A DNA stretch of 64,000 nt, taken from Vicinamibacterales bacterium (GTDB lineage Bacteria; Acidobacteriota; Vicinamibacteria; Vicinamibacterales; UBA8438). Shown here one piece after another: positions 38,651-47,443 of this stretch. The notes beneath the pieces were generated by a model that was not told the origin of the DNA, made no database searches, and saw nothing but the letters and a program-made list of their open reading frames with translations. A program made the translations under genes and the position numbers. The DNA lies in assembly GCA_965220695.1 (NCBI GenBank), contig OZ244838.1:2623274-2687273 (forward strand), in the 5' to 3' direction. Every line of letters begins with the position of its first letter. Position 1 is the first letter of the stretch.

Positions 38651-40647
38651 CAGCGCGCGGCAGGCCCCGACGATATATCACCCTGACCGGCCTTCTGCGG
38701 CAGGATGACCAGCATGTAGTAGAGCAGCACGAACACCAGGGCCCCGAGCAGCGCACTCTGCCCGAATGACGGCAGCACCTGCACGATACCGAACAACGTG
38801 CTGCCCCCGAACACCACGAACGCCAGCAGCACCGCCATCAACGCCTCGCCCGCGATGAACCCGGAGGACAGCAGCACGCCGGTATTGGTGGCGCGCGTGA
38901 CCGCCGCCTCGTCGGCGTTGCGGGCGGCCAGCGCACGCGACAACATCCACGCCATCAGGCCGCCGACGAAGATGGCCGAGGTCGACTCGAACGGCAGATA
39001 CATGCCGACCGCGATCAACATCGGCGAGGGCGAATTGATGAGGATCAGCCCGAAGGCGAGAAACATCCCGGTGATCACCAGCGGCCACGCCATGTCCCCG
39101 CCGACGATGCCGTTTGCCATCAACGCCATCAGACCCGCCTGGGGCGCCGGCAACTCGGCGCTCCCGATCACGTACACCCGATCCATCACCATCATCGGCA
39201 CGATCAGCACCAGCGCCGCGACCACGACGCCGATAATCTCCGCCATTTCCATCTTCCAGGGGGTACCGCCCAGGATGTGACCGACCTTCAGATCCTGCAG
39301 CATGTCTCCGGCGACACCGGCGGCGCAGCAGACGACCCCGGCCACGCCGAGCACGCCGAGGATGCCGGCCGACCCGGTCACCCCCATTCCCACCATCAGA
39401 ATCGCGGCGATGAGCAGCGTGCTGAGGGTCAGTCCGCTGATCGGGTTGTTGGAGCTGCCCAGCAACCCCACCAGGTACCCGGCGACGGCGGCGAAGAGAA
39501 ACCCCAGGACGACCATGACGACCGTCAGCACGAGCGCGCCCGGCACGCTCTGGCTGAAGAACCAGTACAACCCCATGAGCGGCACCGACAGCACGGCGAT
39601 GGCGAGACCGACCTTCGTGAAGTCGATGTCCAGGTTCAGACGCGTGACCGCGGCGTTGCCGCCGCGCGCCGTCCTGATGTCGGCGAACGCGCGGCCGATG
39701 CCCTCGACGAGCGCCGTCCGCAGCTTGAAGAGCGTGTAGAACGCCGCGACGATCATGGTGCCGACCGCCAGCGGACGGATCTGCTTCAGCCAGACCTCCG
39801 TGCTGAGCTCGATGAGCGCGGGCGTGTCGGTCGCGCCGGCCGCCATCTCGGGGTTCAGAAACAGCCCGAGCGGCACCAGCAGCAACCACCCCAGCACGGC
39901 GCCCGCGAACAGCGTCGACGCGATCGTGGGACCGACGATGAACCCGACGCCGACCAGGGCCGGCGAGGCGGCCGGCGACTGCAGGATGAACCCTCCGACG
40001 TAGCTGACCTGCTGTCCGAGCATCTCGATGGTCGAGCGGCCGAGGTTGACGAAGGTGGTCGCCGAACTCGACACGATCTGCACACCGTTCACGTTCTTGA
40101 CCAGTTCCCAGAGGCCGGCGATGCCCATCGCCTGAAACACGTACTTGGCGCCGGTCTGGCCGCCCTGGCCCGCTTTTACGAGCTCGGCCGCCGCGACACT
40201 CTCCGGAAACGGCAGATCCGCCTCGACCACCATCGTGCGGCGCAGCACGATGATGAACAACACCCCCAGCAGACCGCCGACCAGCATGATGGCGGTGCTC
40301 TCCGCATAGCGCAGGTCGTCCCAGACACCGCTGATGATGAACGCCGGTATCGTGAAGATCGCACCGGCGACCAGCGCCTCGCCGACCGAGGCGGTGGTGC
40401 GGGAGATGTTCTCCTCCAGCACCGACCCGCCGCCCATCAGACGCAGCGCCGCCATGGCGACCACCGCCGCCGGGAACGTGGCCGCGACGGTCAGCCCGAC
40501 CCGCATGCCGAGATACGCGTTGGCGGTGCCGAGCAGGAGCGCCATCCCCACGCCCAGCGTGACGGCGCGGATCGTCATTTCCGGAAGGTCGGTCTCTTCC
40601 GGTACGAACGGGGTGAAACCTGATCGCGGCTTGTCGGATGTGCTCAT
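38650..40647 (-). CDS. OPT-family oligopeptide transporter
   Basis: 665 aa with about 16 TM segments. AGGAG RBS. N-terminal 'PEMTIRAVTLGVGMALLLGTANAYLGMRVGLTV' is typical of bacterial OPT proteins. Confidence 0.8.
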   Translation of the reverse strand: MSTSDKPRSGFTPFVPEETDLPEMTIRAVTLGVGMALLLGTANAYLGMRVGLTVAATFPAAVVAMAALRLMGGGSVLEENISRTTASVGEALVAGAIFTIPAFIISGVWDDLRYAESTAIMLVGGLLGVLFIIVLRRTMVVEADLPFPESVAAAELVKAGQGGQTGAKYVFQAMGIAGLWELVKNVNGVQIVSSSATTFVNLGRSTIEMLGQQVSYVGGFILQSPAASPALVGVGFIVGPTIASTLFAGAVLGWLLLVPLGLFLNPEMAAGATDTPALIELSTEVWLKQIRPLAVGTMIVAAFYTLFKLRTALVEGIGRAFADIRTARGGNAAVTRLNLDIDFTKVGLAIAVLSVPLMGLYWFFSQSVPGALVLTVVMVVLGFLFAAVAGYLVGLLGSSNNPISGLTLSTLLIAAILMVGMGVTGSAGILGVLGVAGVVCCAAGVAGDMLQDLKVGHILGGTPWKMEMAEIIGVVVAALVLIVPMMVMDRVYVIGSAELPAPQAGLMALMANGIVGGDMAWPLVITGMFLAFGLILINSPSPMLIAVGMYLPFESTSAIFVGGLMAWMLSRALAARNADEAAVTRATNTGVLLSSGFIAGEALMAVLLAFVVFGGSTLFGIVQVLPSFGQSALLGALVFVLLYYMLVILPQKAGQGDISSGPAAR

Positions 40648-40836
40648 GATCGGTATGGCTCCTGAGTCGCCGGTACGGGCAGACCGCCTTTATAAGCGCA
40701 ACCGTGCGCTGACGCAACCGTCCCCGTCTTGTCAGAACGCGAAGGCGGATGCTACGCTCGCAACGATCGACCGGCGCCACCCGAGTGGAACCGGCGCGCA
40801 ACGCCGGTGGCCGGCGGCACCACTCCTACCCAACGC

Positions 40837-41841
40837 ATGACGTCGCCGACACACTCGCGGGCGGAACGGCTGTCCGAAACCGGCGTGACCGCCCCGAATA
40901 ACCAGATCAACCCGATCCGACTGATCCGGGACATCTACGCGGAACGACTCGCGCTCGGACGGCCGGCTGTGTCGATCGAACTTTTTCCCCCCAAGACGCC
41001 CAAGGGGGACACGGCGCTCTTCGACGAGGCCCTCCCGGCCCTGCAAGCGCTGCGCCCCGATTTCTATTCGGTCACCTACGGTGCGGGCGGCGGCACACGC
41101 GACCGGACCCTGACCGTGGTCGACCGCGTCCAGCGCGAGCACCACACCACCACGATGGCGCATCTGACCTGCATCTGCACCTCCCGTGCCGACATCGAGC
41201 GCTACCTGCTGGAAGCGCGCGCGCTGGGCATCCGCAACATCCTGGCGCTGCGGGGCGACCCGCCGCTGGACACCAGCGGCCCTCTGGAACAGGGGTTCGC
41301 GTACTCCTATCAATTGGTCGAGTTCATCAGGGACATGGGCGGGTTCTCCATCGGCACCGCCGGATTCCCGGAAAGCCACATCGCCTGCACGGAGGGCAAG
41401 CACGTCGATTGGCAGCGACTGAAAGCGAAGATCGATTCCGGCGCCGACTTCGTGCTCACGCAGTTGTTCTTCGACAACGACGACTACTTCCAGTTCCGCG
41501 ACTATCTGGTCGACACGCTCGGCGTCACCGTCCCGGTCACGCCCGGCATCCTGCCGATCCTGAGCACCGCGCAGATCAAGCGCTTCGCGGCGATCTGCGG
41601 CGCCACGCTGCCCGCGCACCTGGCCGCCCGTCTCGACGCGTTCGGGGACGATGCCGACGCGGTGGGCAAGTTCGGCATCGAGTTCGCGACCCGCCAATGC
41701 GAGGCGCTGCTCGCCGGGGGCGCACCCGGTTTGCACTTCTACGCGCTCAACAAGGCGCACGCGCCATGCCGCATCCTCGAGAATCTGGGAGTCCGTGGTG
41801 AAACCCCGCGTCGCACCGAGACCGGTCAGGCGCCCGGCTGA
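40837..41841 (+). CDS. metF: methylenetetrahydrofolate reductase; last ~15 codons are read from a MITE
   Basis: 'SIELFPPKT', 'YSVTYGAGG', 'MAHLTC' and 'NILALRGDPP' motifs. The ORF enters element copy E at 41788 and stops inside it. Confidence 0.9.
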   Translation: MTSPTHSRAERLSETGVTAPNNQINPIRLIRDIYAERLALGRPAVSIELFPPKTPKGDTALFDEALPALQALRPDFYSVTYGAGGGTRDRTLTVVDRVQREHHTTTMAHLTCICTSRADIERYLLEARALGIRNILALRGDPPLDTSGPLEQGFAYSYQLVEFIRDMGGFSIGTAGFPESHIACTEGKHVDWQRLKAKIDSGADFVLTQLFFDNDDYFQFRDYLVDTLGVTVPVTPGILPILSTAQIKRFAAICGATLPAHLAARLDAFGDDADAVGKFGIEFATRQCEALLAGGAPGLHFYALNKAHAPCRILENLGVRGETPRRTETGQAPG

Positions 41842-41948
41842 CAAGGCGAGACGAGCGAGCATATTCGAAGATATGTGAGCGAGGAACAACGCCGTTCAGA
41901 CGGGATGCATGACCGGTCGAACGCAGCGGGGCTTTTGCCACGGGCTCC
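41788..41948 (-). mobile_element. MITE-like element, copy E (161 bp, inverted orientation)
   Basis: GGAGTCCGTGGTGAAACCCCGCGTCGCAC ... CGCAGCGGGGCTTTTGCCACGGGCTCC ends. TG on both flanks (41786-87 and 41949-50). Confidence 0.8.
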
Positions 41949-42051
41949 TGGGGTTGGCGCCTGACGGGCCGGCATGACGGTCGGCGCGGCGCCTGATCGG
42001 GCGGCGCCGCCGGCCGCCAAAGGACGGACGCGGGACGCCTGCCACCCGCGC

Positions 42052-42243
42052 TCAGGACCGCTCGATCCAGTCGACGAACGTCGAACCGTTCGCCTCGTCG
42101 ACAATCATGACCCGCACCACGCGTGCGTTCTCGTGAATCAGGGCCTTCGTGGCGTCGCGCGCCTCGTCAACGGTGGCGTACCTCGTGAAGACCAGCGTGG
42201 AGTTCACGGCGCCTCCACGCACGGTCGGAATCAACTTGAACAT
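42052..42243 (-). CDS. small hypothetical protein (63 aa)
   Basis: ATG 42243 preceded by GGAAAGAG. MFKLIPTVRGGAVNSTLVFTRYATVDEARDATKALIHENARVVRVMIVDEANGSTFVDWIERS. No family recognised. Confidence 0.4.
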   Translation of the reverse strand: MFKLIPTVRGGAVNSTLVFTRYATVDEARDATKALIHENARVVRVMIVDEANGSTFVDWIERS

Positions 42244-42335
42244 GGTCACTCTTTCCGGGGTCTCGAATCGCGAAGTCGCCGTCGGCAAACGGCACTCATC
42301 ATAGCGCGGTCCGCGCGCTGCTGCATCCGCCGCGG

Positions 42336-43451
42336 TCAGTCCGCGGCGGACGGCGGCCACTGCCGGCGCCCGAGGTCGGTCCCCACGGCGAGTTGCAGCA
42401 CTTCGCCGTAGCTGGCGATCCCGCTCGGGACGCGATTCGCTCGCAGATACTGGTCGTTAAGGCGCTGCACGCTGCGGCGCACCACCGGGATGGTACGGTT
42501 CAACCGCGCCCGGACGGCGGCAAAGTCGGCCGACGGCCCCGGCCCCACCGCGTCCCGCAGGCGCGCCTGGACGTCATCCGGCAGCACCGCCAGGAGCCGC
42601 GGCACCAGAAACGACCATCCGCTGTACTGCATGCGCTCGTCGCCGGCCAGACAGGTCAGCCAGGCCACGAAGTTCGCTTCCGCCTCGTGAGCGAATCCGG
42701 CCACGTGCGCCCACTCGTGCGCCGTGACGAACGGTCGTTCGAACGGCAGGACCGTGTCGTTGACCAGAATCTGGAGCGAGAACGGGTCGACCATGCCGTC
42801 GATCCCGGCCCGCCTAAAATACGGGGTCAGCAACGACCGCCGCGGCACAAGCCCTTGGACGACCGGCGCCACGTCGAGCTGCCGCTGCACCTCCTCGAAC
42901 GCCGGACCCAACGTCTCCGGCAGATCGACGAGCTGCGACCACGACTGGTCCTGCGTCGCCTCGAACATGCGGTTGAGCTGTTCGATGCCGGTCGCGGCCA
43001 GCGTTTCCACGACGTCCGGCGTGACCCGACCCTCGTCATACGCCAAACGGGCCGCCAGCGTCTGCCGGCGGTAGTTGAGACCCCAAATCGCGAGGAACAG
43101 GAGATAGAGCGCGGCGGCCGCCACCACCGTGTGGCCCAGCACCCCCGCCAGCGCGCGCAGGCGGGCGCCGCGCGGCGCCCGGATCAGACGAACGCCCCAC
43201 CAGCCGATCAGCGCCAGGGAACCGCCGATCAGCAGGACGTCGAACAGCACCACCGGCGTGAGACTCGACAATCCGGTCACGACCTGCCGGATGACCGGGT
43301 AGACCCCCCTTGCGTACACGGACTCGATCAGCGAGCGCGGGGCCGGCGCGAACGCCATCACGACGGCCAGCGCGACCACGGCGACCTGCGCCGTCAGCAC
43401 CAGGGGGCGTTTGTCGGGGCGTTTGGCCGGAGTCGCGCGCCTGGCGGTCAT
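42336..43451 (-). CDS. DUF3810-like membrane metalloprotease-like protein
   Basis: Start at MTARRATPAKR. Three TM segments, then 'FVTAHEWAHVAGFAHEAEANF' (HExxH-like), as in DUF3810 proteins. Confidence 0.55.
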   Translation of the reverse strand: MTARRATPAKRPDKRPLVLTAQVAVVALAVVMAFAPAPRSLIESVYARGVYPVIRQVVTGLSSLTPVVLFDVLLIGGSLALIGWWGVRLIRAPRGARLRALAGVLGHTVVAAAALYLLFLAIWGLNYRRQTLAARLAYDEGRVTPDVVETLAATGIEQLNRMFEATQDQSWSQLVDLPETLGPAFEEVQRQLDVAPVVQGLVPRRSLLTPYFRRAGIDGMVDPFSLQILVNDTVLPFERPFVTAHEWAHVAGFAHEAEANFVAWLTCLAGDERMQYSGWSFLVPRLLAVLPDDVQARLRDAVGPGPSADFAAVRARLNRTIPVVRRSVQRLNDQYLRANRVPSGIASYGEVLQLAVGTDLGRRQWPPSAAD

Positions 43452-43554
43452 GGTCGCAGGGTCCTGATCCGAGCCGCGGTCGGCAGCCGGTGCACGCTGA
43501 TCATACGCGGCCCGGCGGCCGGTGGCGCCAGCCTCGCGGTGATAGACTGACTCG

Positions 43555-45639
43555 ATGCCCGACGATGAGGATCTGACCTGGGGAAAATCGACCGTCGACA
43601 CCGTCTGCCCGCTCGACTGCCCGGACACGTGCAGCCTGGAGGTGACGGTCGAGCGGGGCAAGATCGTCACCATCGACGGCTCGCACCGGCACGATGTCAC
43701 GAACGGGTATATCTGCGGCAAGGTCCGCCGCTACGGCGAACGCGTCTACGGCGACGCACGCCTGCTCCATCCGCTCATCCGCGACGGCAAACGGAGCGAC
43801 AGCTTCCAGACGGCCAGTTGGGATGATGCGCTCGGCCTCATCGCGTCGCGCATGGTCGACATTCGGGAGACCTGGGGCGCGGAAGCTATTCTCCCGTTTT
43901 CCTATGGCGGCTCGAACGGTCTGCTGACCCAGGACACCGCCGACGCCCGCCTGTTCCGGCAGTTCGGCACGTCACGGCTCGCACGCACCGTCTGCGCGAT
44001 GCCGACGAGCACCGCCAACCAGGCCCTGTACGGCAAGATGCCGGGCGTCACGTACCCCTCGTACCGCCACGCCCGGCTCATCGTCGTCTGGGGCGCCAAC
44101 CCGTCAAGTTCCGGGATCCATCTGGTCCCGTACATCAGGGAGGCGCAGCAGGCGGGGGCGGCGCTGGTGGTGATCGATCCGCGGCGCACCAACCTGGCGC
44201 GCCAGGCGGACATTCATCTGGCGCTCGAACCGGGCACCGACGTCGTGGTCGCGTTGGCCGTGCACCGCTATCTCTTCGAACACGATCTGGCCGACCAGGG
44301 ATTCCTGCGGCAGCACACCCACGGCGCGGACCGGCTGCGCGAGCGGGCGGCCGAGTGGACGATCGACCGCGCCGCCCACGTCGCCGGCATCGACCCGGAG
44401 CTGCTTGAGCACTTCGTCGAGATGTACGCCGACATCTCGCCCGCCGTCATCCGCTGCGGATGGGGCCTCGAACGCAACCGCAACGGCGGCAGCGCCGTCG
44501 CGGCGGTGCTCGCGCTGCCGGCGGTGGCGGGCAAGTTCGGTGTGCCGGGGGGCGGCTACTCGATGAGCAACGCCAACGCCTGGCGCCTGTCGCCGGAGAC
44601 CTGGATCGGCGCACCCGAGCCACCCACTCGTGTCGTCAACATGAATCACCTTGGCCGCGCGCTGCTCGAGTATCGCGACCCGCCGATCAAGATGTTGTTC
44701 GTCTACAACTGCAATCCGGCCGTGACGATGCCGAACCAGAACCGGGTGCTGGAAGGTCTGGCGCGCGACGATCTGTTCACCGTGGTGTTCGACCAGGTCA
44801 TGACCGACACTGCCGCGCTGGCCGATGTCGTGCTGCCGGCAACAACGTTCCTCGAGTCGTACGACGTGGCGCAGAGCTACGGGCTCACGAACCTGCAACT
44901 GGCCAAACCGGTGATCGAGGCCGTGGGCGAGGCGCGCCCGAACGTCGATGTGTTCGCCGATCTGGCGGCGCGTCTGGGACTCGAGACCGGCGACGACCAG
45001 ACTACCGACGTCGAAGCACTGCTCGAGCTGGCGAACGCGATGCCCGACCAGACCGGCCGCGACCTGCTGGACCGGGGCATCGTGACAGGTCCGGCCGACG
45101 GCGTCCCGACCCAGTTCGTGGACGAGTTCCCGCGCACCCCGGACGGCAAGGTGCAGCTATTTCCTGACGAGCTCGATCGCGAGAGTCCGACCGGACTGTA
45201 TACCTATCGGGCGGCGGCCGACGCGACCCGCTATCCGCTGATCCTGATCTCTCCCGCCACCGAAAAGACGATCAACTCGACCCTCGGCGAGTTGCGCCGG
45301 CGGGCCGCCAGCCTGCAGATGCACCCGGACGACGCCGTGCCCCGCGGGCTCTCGACCGGCGACACCGTGCGCATCTTCAACGCCCTGGGGGAAGTGCACT
45401 GTCCGGTCAACCTCAACGCCGACATGCGGCGGGGGACCGTGGGGCTGCCGAAAGGGCTGTGGCGGATGAGCACGCTCAACGGCGCGACGGTGAACGCTCT
45501 CGTGTCGGACGAGTTGACCGACATCGGTGGCGGCGCCGTGTTCAACGACACCCGGGTGGAGGTCGCCAGGGTCGTGACCGTGTCGCTCGACAGCGGCGTC
45601 ACCACCCCTGCGTCCGAGCCGGGCGGGCAGGTGCACTAG
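43555..45639 (+). CDS. molybdopterin-dependent oxidoreductase (MopB superfamily)
   Basis: N-terminal 4Fe-4S motif 'CPLDCPDTCSL...GYICGK'. C-terminal 'RIFNALGEV...' molydopterin dinucleotide-binding beta-barrel. Confidence 0.8.
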   Translation: MPDDEDLTWGKSTVDTVCPLDCPDTCSLEVTVERGKIVTIDGSHRHDVTNGYICGKVRRYGERVYGDARLLHPLIRDGKRSDSFQTASWDDALGLIASRMVDIRETWGAEAILPFSYGGSNGLLTQDTADARLFRQFGTSRLARTVCAMPTSTANQALYGKMPGVTYPSYRHARLIVVWGANPSSSGIHLVPYIREAQQAGAALVVIDPRRTNLARQADIHLALEPGTDVVVALAVHRYLFEHDLADQGFLRQHTHGADRLRERAAEWTIDRAAHVAGIDPELLEHFVEMYADISPAVIRCGWGLERNRNGGSAVAAVLALPAVAGKFGVPGGGYSMSNANAWRLSPETWIGAPEPPTRVVNMNHLGRALLEYRDPPIKMLFVYNCNPAVTMPNQNRVLEGLARDDLFTVVFDQVMTDTAALADVVLPATTFLESYDVAQSYGLTNLQLAKPVIEAVGEARPNVDVFADLAARLGLETGDDQTTDVEALLELANAMPDQTGRDLLDRGIVTGPADGVPTQFVDEFPRTPDGKVQLFPDELDRESPTGLYTYRAAADATRYPLILISPATEKTINSTLGELRRRAASLQMHPDDAVPRGLSTGDTVRIFNALGEVHCPVNLNADMRRGTVGLPKGLWRMSTLNGATVNALVSDELTDIGGGAVFNDTRVEVARVVTVSLDSGVTTPASEPGGQVH

Positions 45640-45717
45640 GTCCCACCGGGCGTGGTAGGATGCATCCGATGTCGGATGGTCCCGGACGGCGACGGACATG
45701 CGGGGTGACCAGTCATC

Positions 45718-46011
45718 ATGAGTGATTCCGATTCCCCCCGTACGGTGCAGTGCGTGAAGTTCGGGAAGAAGCTCCGGGCGCTGGACGAGCCGCCCTGGCC
45801 GGGTGAGTTGGGACGACGCATCTACGAGAGCGTGTCGGTCGACGCCTGGAAGCTCTGGGAAGAACGGATGAAGATGATCCTCAACGAGTACCGGCTGATG
45901 CCCTGGCAGAAGGAGGCCCAGGAGCTGGTGGCGAAACACATGGAGGACTTCTTCTTCGGCGAAGGGTCGGCGCTGCCGCCCGACTACGTACCGGAGCAGA
46001 GCAAGGCCTGA
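45718..46011 (+). CDS. yggX: Fe(2+)-trafficking / oxidative damage protection protein YggX
   Basis: 'VQCVKFGKKLRALDEPPWPGELGRRIYESVSVDAWKLWEERMKMILNEYRL' is the YggX family pattern. Confidence 0.8.
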   Translation: MSDSDSPRTVQCVKFGKKLRALDEPPWPGELGRRIYESVSVDAWKLWEERMKMILNEYRLMPWQKEAQELVAKHMEDFFFGEGSALPPDYVPEQSKA

Positions 46012-46034
46012 GACCCCCGCCCCGGCCGGCCTCG

Positions 46035-47297
46035 TCAGACCACCGGAATCGGCGCATCGATGACGATGCGCAGCGCCGCGTGCGCAGCGCGCAGCGCGTG
46101 CACCGCGTCGTCCGGCTCGGGCGACCGCGCGAATATGAACCCCAGATAGCTGCCGCCCTCCGGCAGCGGTTCGAGCCGCTGGTCCGGCTTGGCGGTCAGG
46201 AGCAGATCGACGACGCCGGGCACCGCCGCCGCAGCGGCCAGGTGCTCGGTGCGGCGATACGTGCCGGCGCGCGGGATCGGAATCATCATCACCGCCGAGG
46301 CGCCCGCCTCACGTCGATACCCACCGGTCGCGCCGCCGAGCGCGTCCCTCAGCAGCAGCTCTTCGAACGACGCGGCGGTTCCGTCATCCGCGCGGAACCA
46401 CAGCGCCCTGGCGCACAGCCCCCCGATCGGCCGCGCCGCCGCCTCGAGCACGAACACCCCGTCGTCGTTGACCCGGCACTCGACGTGCACCGGTCCCTGA
46501 CGCAGACCGAGGGCCGCGAGCGCGGAGGCCACCGCGTGTTCGATCCGCTGCTGCAGGTCGGTGGGGGCTCGGGACGGCGTCACGTAGATCGTCTCCTCGA
46601 AGAAGGGTCCGTCCAACGGATCGGGCTTGTCGAACAGGGCCACGACCCGCAGCCGGCCTTCGTCCACGAGGCCCTCCAAGGCATACTCACGGCCCGGTAT
46701 GAACTGCTCGACGACGACCCGGGACGACGCCGGGTCGCGGCGCTCCCGCAGTTCGCCGCGCGCCAGCAGGCGGCGCACACGCTCCAGTGCCGCCCGCAGC
46801 TCCGCGGGGTCGTCCGCGCGAATGACGCCGCGGCTGCCGGAGAGCGCCAGCGGCTTGACGACGCAGGGAAACGGCAGGTCAGGCGGCAGCGGCGCCGGCA
46901 CGGCGTCAAGCGACAACTCCCGGAACCAGGGGCACGGCAGCCGGGCCGCGGCCAGACAGCGCCGCGTCGCCAGCTTGTCGCCGCTCGCCCGCGCCGCGGC
47001 GGGCGGATGGCCGCGCACACCCAGCCGGTCGGCCGCCAGCGCCGCGAAGAGCGCCGGGCGGTCGCCTACGCCGATCACACCGTCAATCCGCTGGCGCCGC
47101 GCCAGGCGGTCGACCGCGGCCAGAAACCCGGGCTCGTCGTGGAAACGCAGCGGCAGGGCGCCGTCGCGCCAGGGGTCGTCAAGTTGATGGCAGCGGTCGG
47201 TGCCGAACACCAGCTCCACGCCCAGCCGGCCGGCCGCCTCGCCGAACGAGCGGGTCTGATACCCAGTCGTCATCGCGATCAGCAGCACACGCGGCAT
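46035..47297 (-). CDS. ATP-grasp domain protein (carboxylate-amine ligase-like)
   Basis: 420 aa. 'FPCVVKPLALSGSRGVIRADD' and 'VVVEQFIPGREYALEGLV' ATP-grasp core. Its first 11 codons lie within a 60-bp tandem repeat. Confidence 0.75.
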   Translation of the reverse strand: MPRVLLIAMTTGYQTRSFGEAAGRLGVELVFGTDRCHQLDDPWRDGALPLRFHDEPGFLAAVDRLARRQRIDGVIGVGDRPALFAALAADRLGVRGHPPAAARASGDKLATRRCLAAARLPCPWFRELSLDAVPAPLPPDLPFPCVVKPLALSGSRGVIRADDPAELRAALERVRRLLARGELRERRDPASSRVVVEQFIPGREYALEGLVDEGRLRVVALFDKPDPLDGPFFEETIYVTPSRAPTDLQQRIEHAVASALAALGLRQGPVHVECRVNDDGVFVLEAAARPIGGLCARALWFRADDGTAASFEELLLRDALGGATGGYRREAGASAVMMIPIPRAGTYRRTEHLAAAAAVPGVVDLLLTAKPDQRLEPLPEGGSYLGFIFARSPEPDDAVHALRAAHAALRIVIDAPIPVV

Positions 47298-47443
47298 TCA
47301 GGACGCCCTTCGGTCAGACCACGCAGTCGTCATAGCGATCAGCAGCACACGCGGCATTCAGGACGCCCTTCGGTCAGACCACGCAGTCGTCATCGCGATC
47401 AGCAGCACCCGTGGCATACAGGATATTCCGCGGTCAGACCAGA
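47264..47443. repeat. 60-bp tandem repeat x3 spanning the rSAM/ATP-grasp junction
   Basis: Units at 47264-47323, 47324-47383 and 47384-47443. Units 1 and 2 differ at 1 of 60 positions; unit 3 differs at about 9. Each unit carries an ATG plus 11 codons (MPRVLLIAMTT) and the upstream spacer. Confidence 0.9.

Noticed and set aside
40648-40836. Possible SAM/SAH-type riboswitch upstream of metF (GC-rich pairing around GCGCAACGCCGG)
   Set aside because: I could not match the conserved cores of the SAM-II, SAM/SAH or SAH riboswitches by eye. The region is also the divergent promoter for the OPT gene. A covariance-model scan is needed before any call.
47298-47417. The two 19-aa mini-ORFs as RiPP (graspetide-like) precursor genes for the adjacent ATP-grasp/rSAM enzymes
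   Set aside because: They are simply copies of the ATP-grasp gene's own first 11 codons plus spacer read-through. They are too short for a leader plus core. I kept this only as a low-probability idea under the tandem-repeat finding.
47264-47443. CRISPR array
   Set aside because: These are contiguous 60-bp tandem units with no unique spacers. No other repeat-spacer architecture occurs in the window.
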